Shown: positions 10,901 to 20,269 of the stretch, in pieces
Layout: every line of letters begins with the position of its first letter
Numbering within the stretch: position 1 is the first letter of the stretch
IMG/VR virus record: IMGVR_UViG_3300027763_000037
Span: 47,922 to 111,921 of that record
Direction: 5' to 3' (one strand)
From: a virus
DNA length: 64,000 nucleotides
Position numbers and translations under genes: made by a program
The notes under the pieces: generated by a model
What the model was told of the DNA's origin: nothing
Seen by the model: the letters and a program-made list of their open reading frames with translations, nothing else
The model's database searches: none

Positions 10901-13900
10901 CAATTGCTGCAAGTCGAACATTCTTAAGTCTTGTCATCAAGTCATCAATTGGGGTTGCTGCTCGTTCTGCTTTTTCTTTTAGTGGATCAACACCAGGAAT
11001 TTTTGGACCAGCATTTGCTCCCTTAGCATTTCCTACGTTCCAGGCTTGTGCTGCTACGCCATAAGTTTTATTAATAAATTCTCTTGGCATTCCTGCAGTG
11101 TTTATGCCTTTTGCAGCAAGATATGCATCAATAACATTTGAATCTCCAGAAGCAACAAAGTCCATCATCATAGTTGTTGTTATTTGTGTTCCATCTGCTC
11201 CAACAAGCATATTCCATTGAGCAAGAATATCTTTCATTGTTTGATCGCCTGCATCTGCTTTTTGCTGAACCTCAAGTTTTGTTAAAATTGTTTTTGGCTT
11301 TCCATTTGGACCAGTTATTTTATCAAGTGTCTTTTTAAATGCTGCAACTTTTTTAATTTTGTTGATACCATCAACGTTCATATCAACAGTAGTTCCGTAC
11401 TTAGCCTTCATGTTAGAAAGAATATTTATTGCTTCTGTATTTTCTTTAATATTTGCTTTATTTTCTGGAGCAGAAATGTACGCAACAGTTGTTTCTATTG
11501 TCGTATCTGTTGCTCCACCCTTCATAAGCATTTGCATAACAACATTTGCTTCTGCTGAACTTCCAGTAACTCCAACCAATAGTTCAAAATTTGTAACAAA
11601 TGTTTCACTATTTTCAGCAAGATCAGCCAACCTTATAGCAACAAATGGATCTATAGATCCTGCTCCAAGTTCTAGTTGAAGAACACTCTTAAAGGTACTA
11701 TCTTTCATTCCTTCAAGTCTTGTTACAGAGTTATCAGCAAAAGTTTTCATAGCACTTGAAGAGTCTTTATATCTTTCTCCAACAGAAACCTTTACTGCAT
11801 CATTAAAAGCAGTTGCACCTATAACATCTTTTTGTGCAACAAGTGTTTCTAGATTTGTTTTATTTTGAGCAGTTAAAAGTGCAAGATCTCTTGCTCTATC
11901 TTTTTCAATGATTGCTCTTTCTTTATCTGTTTTTGCCATTGATAACTTAATATCGTATTGCTTATTAAGAGCATCAATAGAATTATTTCCACTTTCAAGA
12001 TTTGCGATAGCCATTTGAACTGCTGCTGAATCTAGTTTTGCTTTTTCTTGGCTTGCTTTGTTTGCATCCCACATGCCTTTAGCAAAAAGTCCAATAGATG
12101 CTACTGCTAATCCCCAGCCGACTGGGTTCCAGATATTTGCTGCAGCAAGTGCTGCTATTGATGTTGCTGCGACAACTGGTGCTGCTTTTAGTGCATTATT
12201 TGATGATAACTTTTCAGCAGAAAATCCACCTTTTGTTGCAACTGCGTTATCAAATGCAACCTTTTGCTGATCCATTGCATTTTGTTGCAACTTTGCAATT
12301 ACTATAAGAGGATCTTTAAGCAAATCTTGACCATTAGGACCAAGTAGTTCTGAAAGTTCTCCAGTAATTACTGCTGGAATTGTATAACTTCCCAACTGCT
12401 CTCCAAGTGCTGAAGCAATACTTCTTGCCTGATCCATAGTAATAACGCCTTGAGTTATTGCAACTCCAAGTTGTGTTGCTATATTTTTTCCTATATCTTG
12501 TTGAGATGATCCATTTTTTGCTTGAACATTAATGTCTTCTAGAAGTGCTTTTCCTGGTGCAGAGGTTAAGTAAGTTTGTCCAGACTTTCTTGTTTCTGCA
12601 TCAACACCAGACGCCATGTCTGCTCTTCGTTTATTTGCAGACTCAGTAGCACTTACTGTTTTTGTTATTTTAGAAATTTCTATAAGTTTATCTGTTGTCA
12701 TGGACATAGAGTTACCTAAAGCAACACCTTCTTTTCTTGCATTGTCCATAGATTTTTTATAAAGCCATACTGCTCCAACAACTGCCGTTAGGGCTACTGC
12801 TGCAGCCTGCCAAGGATTCATAAGCATTGGAAGCATTCCTGCTACTGCAGAGGCTGCAAACAATCCTGTTGTAACTTTTGCGTCTGCTCCTCCCATCATC
12901 GCACCCATTGCTACAGCACCAAGAGCACCAGCAGCAGGTCCTGCAACTTTGCCAACTCTTTCTTGTCTTGCTGCTAGATTTAATTTACGGGTTTGCTTAT
13001 TCTCTGCCTTTTGCTTTCTTGCTGCTGCTTCTTCTTCACGCTGTTTAGTTAGTTCAGCACGACGCTCACGATCTGCCCTATTTTTTTCTTCATTGGCTCG
13101 CATCTCTGCAGTTCTTGCTGCTTTTGCTTCTGCTGCTGCTTTGTCTTGTGCTGCTTTAAGACTTGCTGCTCTTGCTTTTTCTTGTAATTTTTCATGGTCA
13201 CGAAGAGCCTGTGCTAACTGTGCTTCTGTTGCACCAGCCTTTTGTAGTGCAACTCTTTTTTCAATCCAAGTATCGCCCTTAGCCTTACCACGAACACGCA
13301 TTGTTTGTCTTGGCATATCTTTTTTAGGAACAACTGTTGTCCCTGCTGGCTGCTTAATAACTCTTGTATCATCTGCTGTTCCTCCAACTCTTTTTACCGT
13401 ACCAGTTTTTGCTTTTCCAGAAGTTGGTTTTATTTCTTTTATTTTACCAGTTTTATTATCTCGAAGTCCTTCTCCAGGAGTAGCAAGAATAAATTCACCA
13501 GTTCTTTTGTTTAAACGTAAATCAATAAGTTGCTTATATTTTTTTATGTCATCGTAAAAAGTCTTGCCTTTTCCAGTTCTTTCATCTAGAATAAACTTTG
13601 CTGCTTCGGCTGCATACTTTGTTTCTGGGTTGATCATTCCAGACAATCCTGGTGGTGCTTTTTTAGTTTCTAGAAGTGCATGGGCTTTTAATTCTAACTC
13701 TGCTGCTTTAGAAACCAGCATTGCTTCTTGTGCTGTAACTGGATGTCTTCCAGTAGCAAGGAATCTTGCAGCAGCGTTATACTCTCCACTATTTGTACCT
13801 AAAAGATTTCCATATTTCTTGTCCCAGGCTATTAAATTTGATGTTCTTTTTTCGGTTAAATAGTTGTTTACTGCACCTAAATCACCAAAAGCGTAACCCT

Positions 13901-16900
13901 TATTCCATTTCTCTGCAGCCCTTGCAATTGAACTTTGTCCCTTTTCTGCTTTTCCTGGTTCTACGTGTGCTGCTTCCATTTGAACAAGTCTTGCTATTTT
14001 TCCAGAATCTAGGTTTGGATACTTCTCTTGCATATAAGCCTTTAACTTAGAAACTTCTCCTTGTGCTCCAAGGGCTTTGTTCTTTGCTTCTGTCTCTGCT
14101 AATACTGCCTTATACTCTTTGTACCCTTCAATATTATTAGATTTAAATCCACCAGCAGCCTTTGTTGGTCCACCAATTGTTAATCGCTCTTTTAATTTAC
14201 TCCAGTTAGCAAACGATCCATCTGATACTCTCTTACCCTTTTGAGAATCAATATCAAAAAGATACCTCATACTTTGTTTTAGATGATCAACAGTTGCGCC
14301 TTTTTCTCCTTTACGACCAGTAAAGATTAGTCCATCTGGGCCTTGAACTGTTTGGGCTGCCAAGTTCTTAAGGAATAGTGGTTTCTTTTTTCTCCAGGCT
14401 TCTCTTGTTTTTTCTGTAATTTCTGGGCTACGAACAAGGTCGTCCATATATCTTTCAATGTCAACAACGTGTGGAGGCATAGCCTTTGCTTGTGTTGGGC
14501 CATCTGGAATAACTCCAGCCATGCGACCACTTACCCAAAAATCTTGATTAGCGTGTCCTGACTGTCTCTTTTTTAATTGTTGCTCTTCAAACTTTTTAAT
14601 AATCTGTGCTGCTGTTGCTTGCTTTGGTGTTGAAGGTTTGACTGCAGAATGAACTGCGTGATATTGTGACCAATCAACCTTTAGACCCTCTTCAAGTCTT
14701 TTGATCATTCCATTGTAGACAACTTTTTCATCTTTATTTAATGAGAACCCCTTTACGGTTTGTCTTAGTTTTGGAAGAACTGTTTCAATCTCTTTTCGCA
14801 TTGCAGTGTTATATTCTGCTGCGGTCATACCCTTTGGAATTGGTAATGTTGATTCAGCAAAGAACCTTCTTGCCCCACCCTTTTCTCCCAACAGATTAAT
14901 ATTGGCCATCTTTTCCATTGAAAGCATATCTTTTGGTTTTGCATAATCTCTTAAACCAGAAGCCATCTTAAATACTCCAGCAGTTCCTACATCTGCAAGT
15001 TTGTTACCAGATAGGTTTCCTCCGTGTAAATCTTTGTCTCCTCTTAGATTTGCTGCTACTAACTGTTTAAAATATTCATCCTTGCTAAACTTACCACCCA
15101 TATTCTTTTCAGCAAATTTAGGATCAAATGGGGATTCAAGAACAATAATTTTTCTTTTTCCAGAAGGATCTAAGGGATCACGCATTGTTCTGACAGTTTG
15201 TACTGGTGTATCAAGACCGTGTGCTTGTCTTGCTATTATGGTTGCTCTTTGTTCTGCAAGGGCAGCCTTTTCGTCCATCATTGGTTTTACAAATACTTTA
15301 TCTCCATTTGGCTTTTGATACATACCGCCAATACCAGGAACTGGGAAACTTCTTCCAGATGAGTCTGCAATTTTTCTACCAAAGTCAGTTGGGGCCATTG
15401 ATCCAAATCTACTATTTTTTGCTGCTTCTGCAACTTGCTTTAGTGTTAACTCTTGCTGCATTCTCTTTGTTACTGCATCAAAAGACTTTGGCATTCCTAA
15501 AAATAGTGGTTGAGAAGAAGATTGAGATTTTCTATATGCATCAATTTGTGGTTTAATCCAAGGGTACCTTGCTAAATTTCTTTCATGTTGTGCTTGGCGT
15601 CTTGCATCTTGTGCTTTTCTCAGTGACTCTAGTTGAGGAGATAGCGGTTTTACTTGAGGCCCTAGTTTTGCTGCTGGCAACTTTCCAGCCATATGTCCTG
15701 GAACACTATCGGTAAATATTGCCTTAAGAAGTCCATGATGCTTTTCAGTTAACTTTGCTGGAATAACTGCTTCACCTGGAGCAAGCATTGCTGGTTGAAT
15801 ATCTCCAGCACCCTTTGGTCCTGGAACTGTTAGAACTCCGTCTTTATACTTTCTTATTTTTAGTCCAGCCTTGGCTGCATTTGCTCCTGCTTTGCCACCT
15901 GTAAAAAGTCCAGGGCTTGATGCTGCAAGAGTTCTTGCTTGGGATGCTGCTGTCTGATAAGCCCTTCCAAGTGATTCTACAGATGCTCTTTCTACTCCAA
16001 ATACCTGAATAAGTTTTTGGTGAGCACCGTGAAGTGCGTTAGACTGTACTGTATTTTCAAGTTGATCTTGAGTTAAATAGTCAAACCCTGAACCAAGTAA
16101 CTTAGTCTGACCATTTAGTTTAGCAATTCCGCCACGAAGCATTGCAAAGAATTTAATAACGTTTGCAACGCCGTTAGCAAGTAAACCAAATGTCATAAGA
16201 ACTACTGGTCCTATTCCACCAAGCACTGCAAGCATGATGGTTACAAACTTCTTTGTTCCATCACTAAGATTATTAAACTTCTCCATTAACCCGCCAAAGA
16301 ATTTAACTACTGGAGTAAGGGCTTCTAGGAATGCCTTTCCTAAAGGCATTATTTCTACTTTAAACTTTTCAATTGCTGCCTGGAATTTTACTCCAACAGC
16401 ATCTTCAACCTTTCCTAATTCTCGCTCAGACAGGATTGCAAGATCTTGAACAGATGCTCCAGCAAGTGCCAATGTTCTGCTTGCTTGTGATCCATCTGCT
16501 GTAATATTCTGGAACAAAGTTGATAGACGGGCAAACTGGAACTTGCCAAACATCTGCTCAATTGCTCTTGCACGGTTAAGAGGATCAAGAGTATCAAGTG
16601 CTTGTGCAAAACCAATAACCGTATTCTTTAAGTTTCCAGCATTTTGCTCAACAATTCCATCTATATTAATGCCCATACCAGCAAGCATTGCTGAGGCTTT
16701 TGCTGTTGGATTAATTAATGCTGCAAGACCAGACTTAAGTGCGTTAGCACCTTCTGATGCATTAATTCCACCTTCCTTCATTGCAGTAAGGAAGAAAGCA
16801 AGATCTTCTACAGAACCACCAAGTTGCTTAACAACTGGTGCTGCTTTAGGGATGGCAATTGTTAAATCTTCAATAGAAAGTACTGTCTGGTTTTCTACTG

Positions 16901-17900
16901 CGTTAAGGAAGTCAATTTTCTTTGCAAGATCTTCTGCTGCAATGCCAAATGAGTTAGTTAATGAAATTGTTGTTTCAAGTGCTTGCTGTTGATCAACTTG
17001 ACCAAGAACTGCTAACTTAGTTGCTGTCTTTACTTGCTCTTCAAGTGCTTTGCCAGAAAAACCTGCAGCAGCAGCCTTGGCTGCCATTGCCATTGTGTCT
17101 TTTACTGATAGACCAAACTTTGTGTACTCAACACCAATTCGTTTAATATTTTCAACTGCTGTATTTGCCTCTGCGTCAGAGGTCATCATGTTTCCATAAA
17201 CACGCCTAAAGTTAACTGTTTCTTTTTCTAGTTCTCTAAAAGCCTTCGATGCTGCACCCATAAACATCATTAATGGTATTGTCAAACCAACCATTAACTG
17301 ACGACCAGCCCACTGCATATTCTTACCGTAGTTTAAAAGGCTAGTAGAGCCTTGCTTTAGTAATTGATTAAGAAGTTGTTGTCTTTGTGCTGCGTACTGT
17401 ATGCGTGTACCAAGTTCTGTAAACTTACCATTAGTCATTGCAAGGGTTCTTGGCATTACCCTGATCGCATCGACAAGCCCTCCGTTAGCCTTTGCCAACT
17501 GAATATACTGAGACTGAATTGCCTTTACTCTGTCACGTCTTGCACGGTTAAAGATTTCACGCTCTGCTGCAAAAGCACGACTAAGAACCTTAGTATTGGC
17601 AGTTGCAGCAGCAGCGGAATATCTGAAGTATTGCTTAAGGCTTAACTGGTTTTTTTCTAGTGCAGAGGTGAAAGCATGTGTACTAGTTTGCGCCCTAATC
17701 TGACTTGCAGAAAACTGCCCAGTCGAATTTATAGACTGGAGCATCGCAGCATTTAAACCCTTTTGGGCATTTGCTGCTGCAACGTTACCTTGTGCTAGGG
17801 ATTGATGAAATTTACTAAGTGCTCCTTGGAGTCTACGCAACTCTGCCAGCGCACCTGCGGTGTCAAAATGTATACCTATGTTAGCATTTACATCAGACAC
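7917..17900 (-). CDS. Tail tape measure protein (3327 aa) with inserted enzymatic domains
   Basis: Ala/Lys-rich helical protein; TP901-like core (NAVENQTVLSIEDL...GGINASEGANALKSGL); follows the tail tube and chaperones; GTG start with upstream SD AAGGGG. Confidence 0.95.
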   Translation of the reverse strand: MSDVNANIGIHFDTAGALAELRRLQGALSKFHQSLAQGNVAAANAQKGLNAAMLQSINSTGQFSASQIRAQTSTHAFTSALEKNQLSLKQYFRYSAAAATANTKVLSRAFAAEREIFNRARRDRVKAIQSQYIQLAKANGGLVDAIRVMPRTLAMTNGKFTELGTRIQYAAQRQQLLNQLLKQGSTSLLNYGKNMQWAGRQLMVGLTIPLMMFMGAASKAFRELEKETVNFRRVYGNMMTSDAEANTAVENIKRIGVEYTKFGLSVKDTMAMAAKAAAAGFSGKALEEQVKTATKLAVLGQVDQQQALETTISLTNSFGIAAEDLAKKIDFLNAVENQTVLSIEDLTIAIPKAAPVVKQLGGSVEDLAFFLTAMKEGGINASEGANALKSGLAALINPTAKASAMLAGMGINIDGIVEQNAGNLKNTVIGFAQALDTLDPLNRARAIEQMFGKFQFARLSTLFQNITADGSQASRTLALAGASVQDLAILSERELGKVEDAVGVKFQAAIEKFKVEIMPLGKAFLEALTPVVKFFGGLMEKFNNLSDGTKKFVTIMLAVLGGIGPVVLMTFGLLANGVANVIKFFAMLRGGIAKLNGQTKLLGSGFDYLTQDQLENTVQSNALHGAHQKLIQVFGVERASVESLGRAYQTAASQARTLAASSPGLFTGGKAGANAAKAGLKIRKYKDGVLTVPGPKGAGDIQPAMLAPGEAVIPAKLTEKHHGLLKAIFTDSVPGHMAGKLPAAKLGPQVKPLSPQLESLRKAQDARRQAQHERNLARYPWIKPQIDAYRKSQSSSQPLFLGMPKSFDAVTKRMQQELTLKQVAEAAKNSRFGSMAPTDFGRKIADSSGRSFPVPGIGGMYQKPNGDKVFVKPMMDEKAALAEQRATIIARQAHGLDTPVQTVRTMRDPLDPSGKRKIIVLESPFDPKFAEKNMGGKFSKDEYFKQLVAANLRGDKDLHGGNLSGNKLADVGTAGVFKMASGLRDYAKPKDMLSMEKMANINLLGEKGGARRFFAESTLPIPKGMTAAEYNTAMRKEIETVLPKLRQTVKGFSLNKDEKVVYNGMIKRLEEGLKVDWSQYHAVHSAVKPSTPKQATAAQIIKKFEEQQLKKRQSGHANQDFWVSGRMAGVIPDGPTQAKAMPPHVVDIERYMDDLVRSPEITEKTREAWRKKKPLFLKNLAAQTVQGPDGLIFTGRKGEKGATVDHLKQSMRYLFDIDSQKGKRVSDGSFANWSKLKERLTIGGPTKAAGGFKSNNIEGYKEYKAVLAETEAKNKALGAQGEVSKLKAYMQEKYPNLDSGKIARLVQMEAAHVEPGKAEKGQSSIARAAEKWNKGYAFGDLGAVNNYLTEKRTSNLIAWDKKYGNLLGTNSGEYNAAARFLATGRHPVTAQEAMLVSKAAELELKAHALLETKKAPPGLSGMINPETKYAAEAAKFILDERTGKGKTFYDDIKKYKQLIDLRLNKRTGEFILATPGEGLRDNKTGKIKEIKPTSGKAKTGTVKRVGGTADDTRVIKQPAGTTVVPKKDMPRQTMRVRGKAKGDTWIEKRVALQKAGATEAQLAQALRDHEKLQEKARAASLKAAQDKAAAEAKAARTAEMRANEEKNRADRERRAELTKQREEEAAARKQKAENKQTRKLNLAARQERVGKVAGPAAGALGAVAMGAMMGGADAKVTTGLFAASAVAGMLPMLMNPWQAAAVALTAVVGAVWLYKKSMDNARKEGVALGNSMSMTTDKLIEISKITKTVSATESANKRRADMASGVDAETRKSGQTYLTSAPGKALLEDINVQAKNGSSQQDIGKNIATQLGVAITQGVITMDQARSIASALGEQLGSYTIPAVITGELSELLGPNGQDLLKDPLIVIAKLQQNAMDQQKVAFDNAVATKGGFSAEKLSSNNALKAAPVVAATSIAALAAANIWNPVGWGLAVASIGLFAKGMWDANKASQEKAKLDSAAVQMAIANLESGNNSIDALNKQYDIKLSMAKTDKERAIIEKDRARDLALLTAQNKTNLETLVAQKDVIGATAFNDAVKVSVGERYKDSSSAMKTFADNSVTRLEGMKDSTFKSVLQLELGAGSIDPFVAIRLADLAENSETFVTNFELLVGVTGSSAEANVVMQMLMKGGATDTTIETTVAYISAPENKANIKENTEAINILSNMKAKYGTTVDMNVDGINKIKKVAAFKKTLDKITGPNGKPKTILTKLEVQQKADAGDQTMKDILAQWNMLVGADGTQITTTMMMDFVASGDSNVIDAYLAAKGINTAGMPREFINKTYGVAAQAWNVGNAKGANAGPKIPGVDPLKEKAERAATPIDDLMTRLKNVRLAAIDAEGGIKALFKAVSGGQIGNKFNGIQQQLMGMKSGKPTQATDPTKGYNGQFIDWFTGLDKTEQAKYGKVATKKVKSGKNKGRVIDPNDPKGKKLLKDGAKVGDLVLNKAGKEVAAGFNKAIIGDFNVAQIQTIRNFDQQSIVMKKLAALGMTNTQIQRVLSDEAYTTAIATGQITDEELKINNALAVQADTRDKINNIVSQGARARQENADMARRQELQAFLASSGLSRGISEGAMTDALGDPEQLSTLLAAMDAVKNKTAGANASLQDVVDSLNEIKKNSDIKVNITKTVSEIIMGGASAAQEALGIKSRLRSRMTGSELGAYVSEKGTRPDGTTYGGENVGAKAIANVAAKMIDPATKKAYTSESLTKLLGNKTQASVGKERSLVASQMNVANANMAQIQTKFDNISKSMNDAVDAVNKEYDDKEKDVQDRINKLQKDADKSISDKEDQIKKDFDDPIKKYQDQSNVLSHDLSLIDKAAEDINKKYDLQAEALQNVLSINERISREQQQQLGLADALSSGDISAAAAAVQDIRSANAADFGNAQMDGLNQSRENDVNALTNKDGKTRSQILEEQYVISEQIYALENNPQRLILEQAIAKEKLDLENGLAKLRKEQDDLEPARQAAIAAAKLAKEAELKAVQAEMDAQQAIVTALAEQDASLAIQEAALIAINAELDDVETFAGLTADDWERIQLAAEATAEAMEKRMKDAIAAIAESTAKGAKSMADILRDINLLPSSKTIEIFTKEYKTVYVNTVATTTTVTAPTPTPTDTPTPQPGKAWISDGKGGWKKPTKPVGDYGWSDTNGWVKGYAGEDTNGSTDSAAEANMRANAVAATSAANAEAAANALAAAQADYDALMAGVARLRADGDNGLANAAMNRITAKYPKGRPVKLSSGGFIDVARFLNGGFSVGTDTVPAMLTPGEFVMSKYAVDSYGVDRMKAINNGDSIGDSVYNYSINVNVKSDSNPDEIAKTVIAQIKGIDAQKIRGNRL
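14650..15400 (-). other. HipA/PI3-PI4-kinase-like domain inside the tape measure protein (about aa 835-1080)
   Basis: Ordered kinase motifs: GIGGMY, VFVK (Lys), ALAE (alphaC Glu), DKDLHGGN (catalytic D-x-H-x-x-N), LADVG (Mg-binding Asp). Confidence 0.7.
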
Positions 17901-17929
17901 TGTTCATAACACCCCTTTTCATTTTTTGT

Positions 17930-18253
17930 CTATCGAATTGAATTTACAATATTTGCTGTATCACCAAGATTGATTCCTGCTGCTACTTCAATAATTTTGT
18001 ATACCGTTGGAAGATCTAAGATTTCTTCTAGGTTTTCTCTATCTTCTGCGATATCTGCCTTGTACTGCTTTAGGGCAATCTGTACGCAATCAACTAATAC
18101 ATCCATTGACTTTTCGTTATCATCTGCCACTGTCGCCAATTCTCCAAAGCGCTTCATGAAAGGCTTAAGAAGAGACAGTTTAAGTGGTCTTACTTCAATC
18201 GTTGTTCCATCAAGAAATGATATTTCATTTTTCTCTTGAGTCTTTGCTGCCAT
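17930..18253 (-). CDS. Tail assembly chaperone, short (gpG-like)
   Basis: Lies between tail tube and tape measure; clear paralog of the N-terminal half of the upstream gene. Confidence 0.75.
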   Translation of the reverse strand: MAAKTQEKNEISFLDGTTIEVRPLKLSLLKPFMKRFGELATVADDNEKSMDVLVDCVQIALKQYKADIAEDRENLEEILDLPTVYKIIEVAAGINLGDTANIVNSIR

Positions 18254-18310
18254 TGTATTTCCCCCTTGTGGTAGTAATTAATTATACCACGCTGAGAGCC
18301 TATTTTTTGA

Positions 18311-18991
18311 CTAAATTGTTTCGTACTCTAGACCCATATTTATACCAAAACCAGCCTGCTTTGCCTTTATTCCTTGATAAGAAAGGATATCATTTGCATC
18401 TTTTGCTTCACCTTTACTAAATACTCTTGACTTCATTTCTTCCCATTCATCTTTTTTGCCAAGACTCTTGTCTAAATCTACACCTTGCATTGCTGCTAAA
18501 AACTTGTTGTGTCGATATTCCTGGTCTCTTTTTGCTGCCAAGGTAGCAGACAGTTCTGGCATTGACAAAGATAGTTCTAGTTCTTCGTAGTCTTTCCATA
18601 TACCAAGAAGAAACACTTCTGATTCTAATGCTGCAAGATCTAAGCCTTCCCAAGATGTACCGCTTTCTTTTGCCTGCTCTACAACTGGCTCTTCTTCTTT
18701 TTCGTTTATTTTAATTCCAGCAGCAATGGCTAGTACTTCATACACAGTTGGCATATCTAAATTATCCTGTACATCTTCTATACTATTAGATATTTTAGGA
18801 TAGTACTGTTTCATAGATATTCTTACGCACTCTGATAATGCTTCCATACCTTCTTCATCATTTTTAGATTCCTTGACAACTTCAAAAGCAATCATAAACT
18901 CTCTTAAGTATTTTATTTTTAATGGAGAAACCTCAACAGGAGTATCATCAATTAAATGAATAGTCAAAGAGTCGTATATTTTTGTTGTCAT
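18311..18991 (-). CDS. Tail assembly chaperone, long (gpGT-like)
   Basis: Start revised to ATG 18991, 6 nt after TGGTATACT; chaperone domain plus a C-terminal extension of about 110 aa. Confidence 0.7.
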   Translation of the reverse strand: MTTKIYDSLTIHLIDDTPVEVSPLKIKYLREFMIAFEVVKESKNDEEGMEALSECVRISMKQYYPKISNSIEDVQDNLDMPTVYEVLAIAAGIKINEKEEEPVVEQAKESGTSWEGLDLAALESEVFLLGIWKDYEELELSLSMPELSATLAAKRDQEYRHNKFLAAMQGVDLDKSLGKKDEWEEMKSRVFSKGEAKDANDILSYQGIKAKQAGFGINMGLEYETI

Positions 18992-19005
18992 AAAACAAGT
19001 ATACC

Positions 19006-19039
19006 AAACAGAAAAGCCCAATCTCGAAAGACTGGGCTA
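19006..19039 (-). terminator. Probable intrinsic terminator after the tail tube gene
   Basis: Hairpin AGCCCAATCT-CGAA-AGACTGGGCT followed by TTTCTGTTT on the minus strand. Confidence 0.6.
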
Positions 19040-19058
19040 TCTGCTTTATTAAGTTGTA

Positions 19059-19676
19059 TTATCGTGTGCGGTCTACGATCTTACCGTATGAACCGTCGTT
19101 GTTTGGTAGCAAACGGAATGAAACTTCAAACATTGAAGCCTCGTCACGCTTTGATGATACAGAAACATTCTCAATTGAGATTGCACGGTATGCTGAGTAA
19201 ATACGCTCAACTTCCTTGTCTGCTCCACCATAACCTGAACCTACTGCAATAAGACCACGCTCAACTGGGACATCGCCCAAGTCTCCTGCAGAAATATCAA
19301 GTTCGACAGCATCTTCATCAGTTGAATCTAGATCTGTTTCTGGACGAGCAATTGCAATGAGCAAGTTTTCTAGAGTTGCCTCTGCGAAAGATGTTGCCAT
19401 TGTTACCTGCATGCCCTGCTTAAATAGTTTTGCTACGTCAAGAACCTGATCCACGTTAACTTCACCGAAGTCTGGTTGGAACTGTAGTTCTAGTCCGTTG
19501 CTTGTATAACCAACATTTGTAAAACCTGTTGGACCTGAAGTTGCTGATAGTGTATCAACATACTTTGTCCCAGGTACGAATGCTGGTGTTGTTGCCATAG
19601 TTCCAGTTGCGTTCTTTACGAACAGTGCTGCTGCACCAACAATAATGTTGCTGGAATTACCTTTTGTATATGCCAT
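19059..19676 (-). CDS. Major tail tube protein
   Basis: NIIVGAA...VGYTSNGLEL...EATLENL is the siphoviral tail tube signature; upstream SD GAGGTGG; gene position. Confidence 0.85.
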   Translation of the reverse strand: MAYTKGNSSNIIVGAAALFVKNATGTMATTPAFVPGTKYVDTLSATSGPTGFTNVGYTSNGLELQFQPDFGEVNVDQVLDVAKLFKQGMQVTMATSFAEATLENLLIAIARPETDLDSTDEDAVELDISAGDLGDVPVERGLIAVGSGYGGADKEVERIYSAYRAISIENVSVSSKRDEASMFEVSFRLLPNNDGSYGKIVDRTR

Positions 19677-19747
19677 GCTTCCACCTCTTTTTCCTTGTTA
19701 GAATTTGAAGCGCTTGTTTCCTCGCTCCTATTATATCACTATTTTTA

Positions 19748-20269
19748 CTAGTCTGATTTGTGCCAGTCGTAGTCGATGATCATCTTATTCCCCGCATATG
19801 TTCTGGCTGTTCCAAAATCAATGATATCTCTTACTTCTTCTAGTTGATAGATCTTAAAATGATGAAAGAATACAGGCTTAGATTCTGCTGACCATAGTCC
19901 TACATTTTCTCTTGCCCAGTTGTTAATTTCTTCTGCAGACTCATCTCCAGAGTCTAGTAGGTCGCTAACATACTGCTGGATGTGAACCATTTGCTCCTGT
20001 GGAAGCATTGTTGCATTACCTGTAGCATAAAAGTAGTATAAGACCTGCTCACACTTTATATGTGGAAATGGGCCTCTACGCATTCTAAACATTCTGTCAT
20101 ATACCGCAAAAAGTCCATTGCTGTTTGGAAAAGTCTGTGTCAAAGAGTCAATGTCTGTTGGAAGAGTTGGAAAGAAATATGTTGCCTCTCCAGTTCCAAA
20201 TCTTTCATCTATCTTTGCTGCAAGATACTTATTGATTATACTTGGTGGATGATGTATTAGTGCTGACAT
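19748..20269 (-). CDS. Tail completion/terminator protein (putative)
   Basis: Synteny: directly upstream of the tail tube gene. Confidence 0.5.
   Translation of the reverse strand: MSALIHHPPSIINKYLAAKIDERFGTGEATYFFPTLPTDIDSLTQTFPNSNGLFAVYDRMFRMRRGPFPHIKCEQVLYYFYATGNATMLPQEQMVHIQQYVSDLLDSGDESAEEINNWARENVGLWSAESKPVFFHHFKIYQLEEVRDIIDFGTARTYAGNKMIIDYDWHKSD

Noticed and set aside
7917-17900. Numerous plus-strand ORFs (for example 12949-13557 and 16543-16992) opposite the tape measure gene
   Set aside because: They are antisense shadows of codon bias, with no SD or promoter support and no recognisable motifs.
17930-19059. Programmed -1 frameshift in the tail chaperone locus
   Set aside because: The long form is one continuous ORF, and the short paralog is a separate downstream gene with its own SD and promoter.
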